Origin: Arcobacteraceae bacterium
Lineage (GTDB): Bacteria; Campylobacterota; Campylobacteria; Campylobacterales; Arcobacteraceae
Length of the DNA: 64,000 nucleotides
Assembly: GCA_965224485.1 (NCBI GenBank)
Contig: CBDCZH010000010.1
Span: forward strand, 192,001-256,000
Reading direction: 5' to 3'
Part shown: positions 31,070 to 42,914 of the stretch, piece after piece
How the letters are laid out: each line of letters opens with the position of its first letter
How positions within the stretch are numbered: position 1 is the first letter of the stretch
The notes under the pieces: model-generated
Database searches by the model: none
What the model saw: the letters and a program-made list of their open reading frames with translations, nothing else
What the model was told of the DNA's origin: nothing
Program-made: the position numbers and the translations under genes

Positions 31070-31606
31070 ATGTTAGAGGGTATCATAAGAGATAGTATAA
31101 CTAAGCAAGCGACTAAGCAACTTAGAAGAGATGGATATTTAATTGCGAATATTTATGGAAAAGGTAAGGAAAATGTTAATGCTGCATTTAAAAGTAATGA
31201 GTTTATTAAGTTTTTAAGAGCTAAAGAAACTATTGCATTTGAAGTAAAAGTTGCAGGAACAGTTTATAAAGTAGTAGTTAAAGAGTATCAAAAATGCCCA
31301 CTTACTTCAAGCTTAATTCATGTTGACTTAATGATTGCACTTCCAGGTGTTAGAGCAGTTTACCATGTTCCAATTATAACTGAAGGTACTGCAAAAGGTA
31401 TTAAAAATAGTGGTTTATTTGTTTTTCATAAGAAAAGAATTTCTGTTAAATCAACAATTGAAAACTTACCTGAATCATTTAACTTACAAGTTGGAGATTT
31501 AGATACAGGTGATAATATCCTAATTAGAGATATTGATTTTCCTGCAAATGTAGATTGTTACTTAGACCCACGAGTTCCAATTGTAGGTGTAATTAAAGCT
31601 AAATAA
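31070..31606 (+). CDS. rplY: 50S ribosomal protein L25/general stress protein Ctc
   Basis: [13 protein letters not shown] and IHVDL motifs; start ATG 31070 after AAGGA; adjacent to pth. Confidence 0.95.
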   Translation: MLEGIIRDSITKQATKQLRRDGYLIANIYGKGKENVNAAFKSNEFIKFLRAKETIAFEVKVAGTVYKVVVKEYQKCPLTSSLIHVDLMIALPGVRAVYHVPIITEGTAKGIKNSGLFVFHKKRISVKSTIENLPESFNLQVGDLDTGDNILIRDIDFPANVDCYLDPRVPIVGVIKAK

Positions 31607-31609
31607 TTT

Positions 31610-32164
31610 ATGTATTTAATTGTAGGCCTTGGAAATATAGGTGATAAATACAAAAAAACTAGACACAATATAGGTTTCATGGTCATCGATGAGATGAGCA
31701 GAAACCTAAGTGTTAAAACAAATATAAATAAAGCTAACTTTATAGCTGATGTTATAAAATCCTCAAACAATCTTTTAGTAAAACCTCACACTTTTATGAA
31801 CAATTCTGGTCAAAGCATAAGCGCAATAAAAGATTATTATAAAATTCCAAATGAAAATATTATTGTAATTCATGATGATTTAGACCTTCCTTTTTCTACT
31901 GTTAAATTTAAAGTAGGTGGCGGACATGGTGGACATAATGGTTTGCGTTCTCTTGATGCGCACATACAAAAAGATTATACAAGAGTAAGAATAGGTATTG
32001 GAAAACCTCAAAATAAAGAAGATGTGGCAAATTATGTATTATCTAATTTTTCTAAAGATGAAATGAATAAATTAGAAGATATAATAGCTCATACTTTAAA
32101 AGCTATTGAAGCTATTAAACTTCAATCAATTAATGAAGTAAAATCCAAATTTACAATAAAGTAA
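31610..32164 (+). CDS. pth: Peptidyl-tRNA hydrolase
   Basis: VGLGN, TRHNIGF, HDDLD and GGHNGLRS motifs. Confidence 0.97.
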   Translation: MYLIVGLGNIGDKYKKTRHNIGFMVIDEMSRNLSVKTNINKANFIADVIKSSNNLLVKPHTFMNNSGQSISAIKDYYKIPNENIIVIHDDLDLPFSTVKFKVGGGHGGHNGLRSLDAHIQKDYTRVRIGIGKPQNKEDVANYVLSNFSKDEMNKLEDIIAHTLKAIEAIKLQSINEVKSKFTIK

Positions 32165-32167
32165 AAG

Positions 32168-33234
32168 ATGAACTTATTAACTAAATATTTACTAACAAAA
32201 TATATTAAAACTTTATTATTGTTTTATTCTCATTAGAAATTTTTTTCGTAGGAATTGATTTTTTACAAAATTACAAAGATTTACCAAACTCTGCTAACTT
32301 ACAGATTTTATATATTTTATATAATAGTTTTTTTACTTTTACAATTACCTTACCTTTATCTTTGATTTTTGCTTGGGTTATTACTCTTTCAACTATTATA
32401 AAATCTAATGAATTAGTAGCAATGTTATCTTTAGGTGTTGATAAGAAAAGAGTTTATAAACCTATTATTTATACTTCACTTGTTTTTTTGTTCTTATTAT
32501 TAGCAGCTCAAACTACTCCTTTAGCTTATGCTTATGATGAAAAATCTAAAATCTTAGATGGAGAATATTTTGTTGATAAAAAAGAGGATATTTTTTTAAA
32601 ATATAATGATTATTTTGTATATTTTAAAAAGTTATACCCCTTAGAAAAATTAGCCCAAGGCGTACATATTTTTAAAATTAAAGATGATGATATTATTGAA
32701 AATATAAGTGCAAAAAAAGCATATTTTAAAAATAATAGATGGTATGTGGTTGATGCAAAGGTTATAAAAAAACCACATATATTAAATTGGGAAAATTCAA
32801 AACTAGAAATAACACATGAAAAATTTCTGCATACTTTAGAAGGGTTTAAGCCTAAGATTCTAGATAATGTATATGATTCAAAATCACTTTTTTCAATTAC
32901 TGATGCAATTAGCGCTATAATATTACTTAAAAATCAAGATGTAAGTACTGATAAAATTAGATCAGCTTTATACTTTCAATTAGTTGGTTCTTTTTTTATT
33001 ATTCCTCTTATTGCTTTGATTTTTATCTTTACTTCTATAAATTCCAGATCTTTTTCTTTGGGATCTTTTGTATCTTTAAGTATATTTGGAACATTAATAA
33101 TTTGGGGAATCTTTTTTATGCTACATAAATTTTCAACTGGTGGAATAGTAAGTCCTGAAGTTACCTTATTATTACCTCTATTTTTATGGTATCTTATTTC
33201 TTATATAGTTTTTAAGAAAAAAGAATCTGTTTAA
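32168..33234 (+). CDS. LptF/LptG-family LPS export permease (apparent 1-base deletion near 32210)
   Basis: N-terminus MNLLTKYLLTKYIK at 32168 joins the long frame after a shift in an A-run; SNELVAMLSLG motif. Confidence 0.85.
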
Positions 33235-33246
33235 TTTGGGGACTTG

Positions 33247-33690
33247 ATGAATAAAAAGTATGCATATGGAGTTTGTTTATACAAAATTACAAAGTACGAT
33301 ATTAAAATATTATTATGTAAAAGTGTAAAAAGTTTTAACAACTGGGGTTTCTTAAAAGGTTGTTTATTAAAAAATGAGACTTTAATTAAATGTGCTAAAA
33401 GAGAGTTTGAAGAAGAGAGTGCAATAAAAACAAATATAGATTTTTATGAAGAATATTTTGAACAAAAAAATGAAGATAAAGATGTTGGTATTTGGCTTTA
33501 TAATGCAAAAAATATATCTAACTTAGATGAATTTATTGTTGATGGAAAGTTATTAGAAAATCATCTTTCTTGGGAAAACTCAAAGGTTAAGTTTTTTTCT
33601 TTAGATCATTTACCTTCTATTAAGGATAAGCAAAATATTTTAGTAAAAGATATTAAGGATTTTTTAGAAAATAAGCATCAACGCCATTAG
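33247..33690 (+). CDS. NUDIX hydrolase
   Basis: WGFLKG-X5-E-X7-REFEEES Nudix box. Confidence 0.85.
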   Translation: MNKKYAYGVCLYKITKYDIKILLCKSVKSFNNWGFLKGCLLKNETLIKCAKREFEEESAIKTNIDFYEEYFEQKNEDKDVGIWLYNAKNISNLDEFIVDGKLLENHLSWENSKVKFFSLDHLPSIKDKQNILVKDIKDFLENKHQRH

Positions 33691-35383
33691 CAATACCATG
33701 AGCTAATTTTTTTTGGTAAACTTTAGAATATAGTCGTCTACTCTCTTCTTTATGTGAAATATAACCTATTTCTATTAAAACAGCTGGCATTTGAGCCCCT
33801 ACAAGAACCCAAAATGGACCTTCTCTTACTCCGCCATCTAATACATCTTTATATAACTTTCTAGAAGAAAAAAGCATGTTTTGTTGTATATCAATTGCTA
33901 GTTTATTAGAAGCAGTAATTTTACCTTGATTTAAAATTGTAAGAAGTGTATTTTTACTGCTATAATTCATTTTTCTTATATCTGTTCTATTTTCTTGTGC
34001 TGCTACTCTTTTTGCTCTTGCACTTCTAGCTGGACTTAAAAAGAATGTTTCCATTCCTCTTGCTGTTTTTACCTTACTTTTATGAGCTGCGTTTGCATGG
34101 ATAGAAATAAATATATCTGCATGTTTTTTATTTGCCAATACTGTTCTATTTCTTACTTTAATAAATCTATCTGTTGATCTTGTAATATAAACTCTATAAT
34201 TTCTATCTCTTAGTTCTTTATAAAGATATTTTGTTACTTTTAGTACTGCAACTTTTTCATATCTCTTATGTGGTCCTAAAGCGCCACTATCTTTTCCTCC
34301 ATGCCCAGCATCTATAACAATAATTTTCTGCTTTGGATTAAATATTGGTAAAGAAGGAAGTACATTAACTTTTTGCTTAGCAGTTCTTGTTTGTTTTAGG
34401 TTTAAAATTTTTATTTTTATTTGTTTATTATTTATACTATAAATTGTTTTAACATTTTTTTTATTTGATATTGTAATTCTTAAAGTGTTTTTCTTATATT
34501 GTGATACAGAAATTCTTTTAATATTTTGAATACTTAACTTAGTTGGTTTAGCATCTTTAAATTTACCTTTTAAATCAAAAATATCTTTATTTAAATTTTT
34601 ATAATGTAGTTCAAAAAACTTAATATATTCTTTTGAAATTCTATGTTTAAAATTAATTATAATTGCATTATCTTTTACATATACATCTTTTATAGTGTAA
34701 GAAAAATCTTTATCTTTTTTTAAAAGTAATTTTTTACTAATATTTACTTTCTTAATACTTGTATATTTCTTTCTTTTTTCTTTTTTATTTATGTCTAATA
34801 TTTTTATTATTATTTGTTTTTTATTTATTATATATTTTGTTTTTAAGTTCTTTTTATTTGAAAGTACTATTCTTAATGTATTATATTTATACTGACCAAT
34901 TGAAATTTTATCAATATTTGTTATTATAAGTTTTGTAGGTTTTGCATTTTTAAAATGACCTTTAAAATCAAAAATATCTTTATTTAGATTTTTATAATGC
35001 AGTTCAAAGAAATTTATATCTTTACTTGTCACATTTTTATTGAAGTTAATTATAATACTGCTATTTTTTGTATAAACAGATCTAATAGAATCAAGTTTAT
35101 TATAAGAAGCTTGTAAGCTAAGCTTTTTTATAGCTTTGGATTTAGGTTTAGAAATAGTTTTAGGTTTATTTAAAAGATTTAGCTCTTTTTGATATTTAAT
35201 GATATTTATTTTTAACTTTTTACCCAGTTTTATTAGTTTTACTAAGTTTTTCTTTTCTAAAGGCTCATCATTTTGTATGATAGCCTTTAAATAGTTCATT
35301 TTAAGTGAATTAAATTCATGATTTAAATCACTTGATATTAAAATAGTATAAAAACAAATTAGAAGAAAAAAATTTCTTAAAAT
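33653..35383 (-). CDS. amiA: N-acetylmuramoyl-L-alanine amidase with duplicated AMIN-like domains
   Basis: IDAGHGGKDSGA, FISIHAN and PAVLIEIGY amidase_3 motifs; frame extends upstream of the listed ATG to an ATT at 35383, adding a signal peptide. Confidence 0.92.
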   Translation of the reverse strand: MLRNFFLLICFYTILISSDLNHEFNSLKMNYLKAIIQNDEPLEKKNLVKLIKLGKKLKINIIKYQKELNLLNKPKTISKPKSKAIKKLSLQASYNKLDSIRSVYTKNSSIIINFNKNVTSKDINFFELHYKNLNKDIFDFKGHFKNAKPTKLIITNIDKISIGQYKYNTLRIVLSNKKNLKTKYIINKKQIIIKILDINKKEKRKKYTSIKKVNISKKLLLKKDKDFSYTIKDVYVKDNAIIINFKHRISKEYIKFFELHYKNLNKDIFDLKGKFKDAKPTKLSIQNIKRISVSQYKKNTLRITISNKKNVKTIYSINNKQIKIKILNLKQTRTAKQKVNVLPSLPIFNPKQKIIVIDAGHGGKDSGALGPHKRYEKVAVLKVTKYLYKELRDRNYRVYITRSTDRFIKVRNRTVLANKKHADIFISIHANAAHKSKVKTARGMETFFLSPARSARAKRVAAQENRTDIRKMNYSSKNTLLTILNQGKITASNKLAIDIQQNMLFSSRKLYKDVLDGGVREGPFWVLVGAQMPAVLIEIGYISHKEESRRLYSKVYQKKLAHGIANGVDAYFLKNP

Positions 35384-35384
35384 T

Positions 35385-36458
35385 TTATTCTCCTTTTGTT
35401 AATTTTTCCATTAATTCATGAACAGAGATTATTTTATCAATTCTATAACCATTTGAACCTGTAAAAAATAATCCTGTGTCAACATCACCTTCATAAGCAG
35501 AAGATAATCTATCTGCAATACAATAACCAACTTTTTTAGCCTCTACTCCTCTATTACAAGGTGCAACACAGTTTGAGATACAGGCAACTTTAGGAGCTGT
35601 TCCTTCAAGTATAGTTTTTTGTAAGTTTGTATGAACTCCCCTTGCTGGAAGACCAACAGGTGATTTGAATAATTTGATATCATCAGCTTTTGCATTTATC
35701 AAAACATTTTTAAAATTTGCATGAGCATCACATTCATAAGTAGCAATAAATCTTGTAGCCATTTGAACACCAGCACAACCCATTTCTAGATATTTATCAA
35801 TATCATCTTTTGTCCAAATTCCACCAGCTGCAATTATAGGCATAGAACCCCAGTTCTTAGCTTCTTCAATTACAGGAGGAACAATTTTTTCTAACTGAAA
35901 CTCTTCTTTAAAACAGTCATCATAAGAAAAACCTTGATGTCCACCACTTAAAGGACCTTCAACAATAACAGCATCAGGAAGTCTATTATATCTTTTCCAT
36001 TTTCTACAAATTAATCTTAAAGCTCTTGCGCTTGATACAATTGGAATCAAAGCAACATCTGGAAAAGCTTCAGTAAACTTTGGCATATTTGTAGGAATTC
36101 CAGCTCCTGTTATAATCATATTAGCACCTGCTTCACAGGCATCTGTTACTGTTCTTCCATAATCATTTGAGGCATATAATACATTACAAGCCAAAGGAGC
36201 ATCACCACAAATTTTTCTAGCATTATTTATGATTTTTGTTAAACCATCTTTTGAGTAAAAATTTAAAGCATCTTTAGGTTTATTTTTTATTAATTTTGCA
36301 GAATATTTTTTATTTTCATAATATCCAGTACCAACTGAAGAAATAACACCTAAGGCACCTTCTTGGCTTACAGTACCAGCTAATTTATCCCAGCTAATAC
36401 CAACACCCATTCCACCTTGAATGATTGGATGTTTTATTTCATATTTTCCTATTTTCAA
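35385..36458 (-). CDS. fabX: Nitronate monooxygenase family flavoprotein, FabX-like dehydrogenase/isomerase
   Basis: PIIQGGMG, EGPLSGGH and AAGGI motifs plus the Fe-S cysteine pattern CISNCVAPC...YCI. Confidence 0.78.
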   Translation of the reverse strand: MKIGKYEIKHPIIQGGMGVGISWDKLAGTVSQEGALGVISSVGTGYYENKKYSAKLIKNKPKDALNFYSKDGLTKIINNARKICGDAPLACNVLYASNDYGRTVTDACEAGANMIITGAGIPTNMPKFTEAFPDVALIPIVSSARALRLICRKWKRYNRLPDAVIVEGPLSGGHQGFSYDDCFKEEFQLEKIVPPVIEEAKNWGSMPIIAAGGIWTKDDIDKYLEMGCAGVQMATRFIATYECDAHANFKNVLINAKADDIKLFKSPVGLPARGVHTNLQKTILEGTAPKVACISNCVAPCNRGVEAKKVGYCIADRLSSAYEGDVDTGLFFTGSNGYRIDKIISVHELMEKLTKGE

Positions 36459-36468
36459 AATATTCCTT

Positions 36469-37674
36469 TTATTTTATAACTATTTTAGCGAAATTTTTTT
36501 TACCTTTTTGTAAAACATATTCGCCTGTTTTTAAATTAAGTTTCTCATCAGATACTTTTTCTTGATTAAGTTTAACAGCACCTGCTTTAATATCTCTTCT
36601 TGCTTGAGAAGTTGAGTTTACTAAATTTGCTTGTACTAGTGCTTGATTTATATTAATTCCATCTTCAAATGTAAATTCATTCATTTCACTTGGGATATTT
36701 TTCTTAGAAAAAACTTTTGAAAACTCTTCTTTAGCTTTCTCACCTTCTCCATTTATATGAAACTTATTAACTAGCTCAATTGCTAAAGCATCTTTTACAT
36801 CTTTTGGATGAAGTGATTTATTTAAAACACCTGTTTTAAGATCTTGCACTTCTTGTAATGATTTAGTAGATAATAGTTCATAATATCTCCACATTAACTC
36901 ATCACTTATTGATAAAATCTTACCAAACATATCAAAAGGTTTATCTGTAACACCAATATAATTTCCTAAAGATTTAGACATTTTATTAACTCCATCTAAA
37001 CCTTCTAAAATAGGCATCATTAATACTGCTTGTTGTTTTTGCTTATAGGCTTTTTGTAAGGTTCTTCCCATAAGTAAATTAAACTTTTGGTCTGTTCCAC
37101 CTAATTCAATATCTGTCTTCATAGCAACAGAATCATAACCTTGAAGTAAGGGATACATAAACTCACTAATAGCAATAGGAGTATTTGATGCATATCTTTT
37201 TGAGAAATCATCTCTTTCAATCATTCTAGCAACTGTTAAGTTAGAAGAAAGGGCAATTAATCCACCAGTTCCTAGCTCTTTTAGCCATTTTGAATTAAAC
37301 ATAACTTCTGTTTTATTTTCATCTAATATTTTAAAAACTTGCTCTTTATATGATTGTGCATTATTTAAAACTTCTTCTTCACTTAAAACTTTTCTAGTTT
37401 CACTTTTACCAGTTGGATCTCCAATAGTAGCTGTAAAATCTCCAATTAAAAATTGAACAATTCCTCCATATTTTTGGAAGGTTGCTAGTTTTTGAATTAA
37501 AACGGTATGCCCAAAATGCAAATCAGGAGCAGTTGGATCAAAACCTGCTTTTACATAAAAGTTTTCACCTGTTTCATAATATTTTTTTAATAATTTTTCA
37601 ATTGCTTCAATATCAATTATTTCAGCAATTCCTCTTTTTATTTCTGCTAATGCATTTTTTATTTTATTTTCCAT
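36469..37674 (-). CDS. tyrS: Tyrosine--tRNA ligase
   Basis: [18 protein letters not shown] and KMSKS motifs; C-terminal S4 domain. Confidence 0.97.
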   Translation of the reverse strand: MENKIKNALAEIKRGIAEIIDIEAIEKLLKKYYETGENFYVKAGFDPTAPDLHFGHTVLIQKLATFQKYGGIVQFLIGDFTATIGDPTGKSETRKVLSEEEVLNNAQSYKEQVFKILDENKTEVMFNSKWLKELGTGGLIALSSNLTVARMIERDDFSKRYASNTPIAISEFMYPLLQGYDSVAMKTDIELGGTDQKFNLLMGRTLQKAYKQKQQAVLMMPILEGLDGVNKMSKSLGNYIGVTDKPFDMFGKILSISDELMWRYYELLSTKSLQEVQDLKTGVLNKSLHPKDVKDALAIELVNKFHINGEGEKAKEEFSKVFSKKNIPSEMNEFTFEDGININQALVQANLVNSTSQARRDIKAGAVKLNQEKVSDEKLNLKTGEYVLQKGKKNFAKIVIK

Positions 37675-37720
37675 ATGTCCTCGTTAAAATATTGCTTAAA
37701 ATTTATAACTATTATACTAG

Positions 37721-39859
37721 TTATTTTTTATAAGCATCTTTTTTTGAAAAAAAATCTATTACTTTTGCTTTTTTCTCTATTATTTTTCTCACAGTATCAC
37801 CACTTTTTATATTTATCTCAAATTCAATATCACAATATTGTCTATAAGAGTGTATTTCTCTTCCATAAGAAATAGATAAAATATAACCTTCATAGTTACT
37901 CATAAAGGTTAAAAGTTTAGCAAGCTCACCTTTTGTATTTGGTAAAGATACTAACATTTTATATTGATATAGTTTACTCTCTTCCCATTTACAAAAAAAC
38001 ATTTGTGCTTTTTGATTCATTTGAGTATATGCTTTATCACACATTTTATGATGAATAATAGCTTTATTATTTTCTCTAAAAGCTATAATATCATCACCTA
38101 TTTTTGGATGACAGCAGTGCTCAAATTCTAAAGTAGCAATTGAGAAATTTGAATAAAGTAAAATATTATCAAATTTGTACTTTTTTATAGTACTTGCATA
38201 CATTTTTAGTTTTCCAACAATTCCAACAACTTTTAGAATTTCTTTTTCAATTATCTTTTTAGAATTTTTCAAATAGTCTAAACTAGAAGAGACTTTTTGA
38301 AGTGATTTTATAGGGTACTTTTCTAAAATATTTTTTGAGTATTTATGAAAAATTGTATTTAAAATGTTTATTGCACTTAATTCTTCTATCTCTTTTTGTC
38401 TTTGAGAACATAAAAGTTTTATTTGTTTTTTTGCTCTATTCGTTTTAACCATATCTATCCACGAACATCTAGGAATAGGGTGCTTTAATGTTTTAATTGA
38501 AACAATATCAGAACTTACAAGTTCAGTTAATAAAGGTTTTTTTACTTTATTTATATAACATTCACTTGCGCAATTTCCTACATCAGTATGAATATTATAA
38601 GCATAATCATAAGCTGTTGAACCACGAGGAAGAGTGAAAATTCCACCTTTTGGTGAATAAACTACAATTTCTTCTGAGTATAAATCTTCTTTTGCTTGAG
38701 AATAAAATTCTTCTACATTTTCATTTGTATACTCTAAAGCTTTTAACCAGTTTAGATTTGGAGCTTGTTTAGCTCCACTTTTATATTTCCAATGAGCAGC
38801 TATTCCATACTCAGCAACTCTATGCATCTCATTTGTTCTAATTTGAACTTCATGTATTTTTGAATTATAAAAAACTGTTGTATGAATTGTTTGGTAACCA
38901 TTCTCTTTTGGAGTTGCTACATAATCTTTGAATCTTGCTATTAAAGGTTTATACTCTAAATGAATAAAACCTAATACTTTATAACAATCTATTTCGTTTT
39001 CAACTATTATTCTAATTGCAAGTAGGTCTAAAACTTCATCTATATTGACACCTTTTCTTTGCATTTTTAGATATATAGAGTAGTGATGTTTAATTCTTGA
39101 AAATATTTGTATTTTTGATGAATCATAAGCATTTTTTTCTAACAACATTTTAGTTGAAGAGATAAACTCATTAAAAGTAACTTGAATTTTGTGCTGATGT
39201 TCTTTTATAAAGTTATCTATTTTTTTATATTCATCTGGATAAATATAAAAAAATGATAAGTCTTCTAATGCATTTTTTAAAGATGATATTCCTAGTCTAT
39301 GCGCAATTGGAACATAAACTACTAAAGTTTCTTCGGCTATTCGTAATTGTTTATTAGCAGGTAGGGCTTCAAGAGTTAGCATATTATGCAATCTATCACA
39401 AAGTTTTACAACTAATACTCTTACATCATCAATAGAAGCAATAAGCATTTTTCTAAATGTTAAAGCTGAAGAAGTAACTCTTGTATTTGAAGTAGATGAG
39501 CTAAATTCGCTCTCTCTTATTTCATCAATTTTTGTTAAACCATCAACCATATGAGCAATATTATCACCCCATTTAGTTCTAACATAAGCTAAGTCATAAG
39601 ACGTGTCTTCAACTACATCGTGTAATAATGCAGTCGCAACTATATCTTCATCTTGAGAGAAATGAGCTGTTATGGAAGCTACTAAAATTGGATGAACTAT
39701 ATAAGGTTCACCACTTTTTCTAAATTGGCCCTCATGAGCTTTTATAGAAAAATTTATTATTTCATCAAGTTTAGGGCTTAATTTGATTTGTAAGTTTAAT
39801 TCAGCAAGTGCACCTTCTATAGTGTTGATTTGCTGAATTTTTTTTATAAACGGATCCAT
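37721..39859 (-). CDS. spoT: Bifunctional (p)ppGpp synthetase/hydrolase
   Basis: HD hydrolase (LHDVVED, DRLHNM), synthetase (KENGYQTIH, EVQIRT), TGS and ACT domains. Confidence 0.96.
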   Translation of the reverse strand: MDPFIKKIQQINTIEGALAELNLQIKLSPKLDEIINFSIKAHEGQFRKSGEPYIVHPILVASITAHFSQDEDIVATALLHDVVEDTSYDLAYVRTKWGDNIAHMVDGLTKIDEIRESEFSSSTSNTRVTSSALTFRKMLIASIDDVRVLVVKLCDRLHNMLTLEALPANKQLRIAEETLVVYVPIAHRLGISSLKNALEDLSFFYIYPDEYKKIDNFIKEHQHKIQVTFNEFISSTKMLLEKNAYDSSKIQIFSRIKHHYSIYLKMQRKGVNIDEVLDLLAIRIIVENEIDCYKVLGFIHLEYKPLIARFKDYVATPKENGYQTIHTTVFYNSKIHEVQIRTNEMHRVAEYGIAAHWKYKSGAKQAPNLNWLKALEYTNENVEEFYSQAKEDLYSEEIVVYSPKGGIFTLPRGSTAYDYAYNIHTDVGNCASECYINKVKKPLLTELVSSDIVSIKTLKHPIPRCSWIDMVKTNRAKKQIKLLCSQRQKEIEELSAINILNTIFHKYSKNILEKYPIKSLQKVSSSLDYLKNSKKIIEKEILKVVGIVGKLKMYASTIKKYKFDNILLYSNFSIATLEFEHCCHPKIGDDIIAFRENNKAIIHHKMCDKAYTQMNQKAQMFFCKWEESKLYQYKMLVSLPNTKGELAKLLTFMSNYEGYILSISYGREIHSYRQYCDIEFEINIKSGDTVRKIIEKKAKVIDFFSKKDAYKK

Positions 39860-39889
39860 TGTATCTTAGAAAAAAATAATCGTTAAGAA

Positions 39890-40105
39890 TTATTCTTTAT
39901 CTACTAAACCTTCAATAACTAATAAACCAGTAGCAATTTCATCAATTGCAATATCAGTATATTTCATATTAAGAGTATTTTTTTCTAATAAAGGTTTAGC
40001 TCCTCTACTTAAAGCATCTGCTCTTTGGCCTACTGCTAAAGATAAAATATATCTATCATTATCTACTTTTTTTAAAGCTTTTGATATTCTTTCTTCTAGT
40101 CTCAT
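39890..40105 (-). CDS. rpoZ: RNA polymerase omega subunit
   Basis: DRYILSLAVGQRA...AIDEI; located between pyrH and spoT. Confidence 0.95.
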   Translation of the reverse strand: MRLEERISKALKKVDNDRYILSLAVGQRADALSRGAKPLLEKNTLNMKYTDIAIDEIATGLLVIEGLVDKE

Positions 40106-40115
40106 TATAATCCTT

Positions 40116-40832
<717 letters not shown>

Positions 40833-40893
40833 TTATAATTTCGCAATAATAGCAAAAAACACATAAAGAAGACGTTAAATGTGATGTTTATAT

Positions 40894-41970
40894 TTATATT
40901 AAAGCCCATTCATAAAAAGGCACAACTTCGATTTTTATATCCTCATAATAAAAACTGTCATTATTTGCAATAGTTATAATGAATATTTTTTTTATTTCTA
41001 AAGTATCAATAATATTGAAAACTTTTTTTGTTAATGAATTTAATAACAAATTATTAAAAAAAGGTAAACATAATATAATAGTTTTATCTTTTTCTAAAAA
41101 GAAGTCAATATTATCTAAATATGATATATTTTTATACTTATTTAAAAGTTCTAAAAAAATCATATTAGTAAAAGCATTTTTAAATTTTTTACTATGGCTA
41201 AGTGAGCTTAAAAACGAGTGATTGTAAGCATATATTTTTTTTATAGCTTTTTCTTGTTGGTATTTTTTTACAAAAAAAACAAATCTATTTTCTTCATAAA
41301 CTTTACATAAAGAATAAAATAAATCTTTAGATATTTTCATTCTTTTTTTTAGAGATAAATAGAGCTGATTTAGTGACTTTTTTTCATCTATATTTAAAAA
41401 TAATATTTTTAGGACTTCTTCTTGGGTCTCATTCTTTGTATATATTTTTATAATTTCTTGCAATCTTTTTTCTTTTTTATGTTCTTCAATATTTATAATA
41501 CCAGGTAAGTTTCCATGTTTGAAAAAATAGTTAAAGGTATTTATTGTTGATTGATGTCTATTATCATGCAGTAAAAATTCTTCAAAGTCTAGGGGCATTA
41601 AATAAAGCTTTTTAAAGGTATTAAAAGTATTTAAACTTGCAGTTTTATTACTTGTTAAAATAATACTTTCACAAGCTGGTAGAGTAAAATCAAAATCAAA
41701 ATTTTCTATAACTAAAACTTTTATAAAATTAATTTTAATAAATTCTTCAAGATTTGTACTTATATCATTTTTGTGATTTTTAGCATCATTTAAATCTATG
41801 TATAAATACTCTTTATTTAAAAAATTTGATAAATAATCATATATCAAATAACTTTTACCACATTTAGAAGGACCTATTATTATAGTTTTATTATGAATAA
41901 TTTTATGTTTTCGCTCTTGAAATGTAATTTTGTTGAACTCTAGTTCATAACAAGCTTGTAAGGTTTTCAT
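40894..41970 (-). CDS. AAA+ ATP-binding protein (AAA_14/DUF4143-like)
   Basis: Walker A GPSKCGKS, LMPLDFEEF, GNLP and KKIY...IDF motifs. Confidence 0.75.
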   Translation of the reverse strand: MKTLQACYELEFNKITFQERKHKIIHNKTIIIGPSKCGKSYLIYDYLSNFLNKEYLYIDLNDAKNHKNDISTNLEEFIKINFIKVLVIENFDFDFTLPACESIILTSNKTASLNTFNTFKKLYLMPLDFEEFLLHDNRHQSTINTFNYFFKHGNLPGIINIEEHKKEKRLQEIIKIYTKNETQEEVLKILFLNIDEKKSLNQLYLSLKKRMKISKDLFYSLCKVYEENRFVFFVKKYQQEKAIKKIYAYNHSFLSSLSHSKKFKNAFTNMIFLELLNKYKNISYLDNIDFFLEKDKTIILCLPFFNNLLLNSLTKKVFNIIDTLEIKKIFIITIANNDSFYYEDIKIEVVPFYEWALI

Positions 41971-42902
41971 TTTTTATTAATTAAAGATATTGCTTCATTT
42001 ATTGCATTTAAATAAGATAAATTCGAGATATTAGTTTTATTTTTATAAGCAATATCAAAGGCTGTTCCATGATCAACAGAAGTTCTTATAATTGGAAGGT
42101 TTAGACTTACATTAATACTTTGTTCGAAATATAAAGCTTTTAGAGGTGCTAATCCTTGATCATGATACATTGCTACAAAATACTTATACATTTGTCTGCT
42201 TTTAGGAGAAAAAGCAGTATCTGGAACAGCAGGGCCTTTAAATATCTCTTCATTAAGAGTTTTATTTGCATTTTTAATAGCTTTGAATATTTCTATCTCT
42301 TCATCACCTAAAACTCCATTATCACTAGCATGTGGATTTAAAGCAAGAACTAAAATATTTTTTTCTTTAACAGATGTATAAAAATCAAGTAAAAATTTTG
42401 TTAAGTCTTCTTCTTTGATTCTTTTTGCTACTTTTTTTAAAGCAATATGTTCAGTAAACAAAGAAACATACATTTCTTTACATCCCAACATCATAATTGC
42501 ATTTTTGTTAAAATGCTCCCTTAATACTTCTGTATGACCTTTAAATTTTATACCAGCTTTATTCCAAGACTCTTTATTAATAGGTAGGGTTACTAAAGCT
42601 TTAGTTTTTTTATTTTGTGTTAGTTTAATTGCATTTAAAAATGAATCATAAGAGTATTTTCCAGCTTTGCTTGTAACTCTTGATGGTTTTATTTCAAACT
42701 CACCTTTTGTTTCAAAAAGTTTAAAATCTTTTGGAATTTTTAACTTTAGTTTAGAGGCTCCTTGTATTAATAACTTTTCATTAATACAATAAATTGGTTT
42801 ACAAAGCTTACTTATTTCTTTATGTGATTTTAAAATTAGTTCAAGTCCAATTCCATTTAAATCTCCAATAGAAATAGCTATTTTATGTTTTATATTTTTC
42901 AT
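41967..42902 (-). CDS. pdxA: 4-hydroxythreonine-4-phosphate dehydrogenase
   Basis: GDLNGIG, GHTE, LNPHA, MYHDQG and RTSVDHGTAFDIA motifs. Confidence 0.97.
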   Translation of the reverse strand: MKNIKHKIAISIGDLNGIGLELILKSHKEISKLCKPIYCINEKLLIQGASKLKLKIPKDFKLFETKGEFEIKPSRVTSKAGKYSYDSFLNAIKLTQNKKTKALVTLPINKESWNKAGIKFKGHTEVLREHFNKNAIMMLGCKEMYVSLFTEHIALKKVAKRIKEEDLTKFLLDFYTSVKEKNILVLALNPHASDNGVLGDEEIEIFKAIKNANKTLNEEIFKGPAVPDTAFSPKSRQMYKYFVAMYHDQGLAPLKALYFEQSINVSLNLPIIRTSVDHGTAFDIAYKNKTNISNLSYLNAINEAISLINKK

Positions 42903-42914
42903 TTAAAACTCTTT

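Noticed and set aside
33653..33690. 38-bp convergent overlap of the NUDIX gene and amiA
   Set aside because: Short 3' overlaps are common in compact AT-rich genomes, and there is no further evidence of antisense control.
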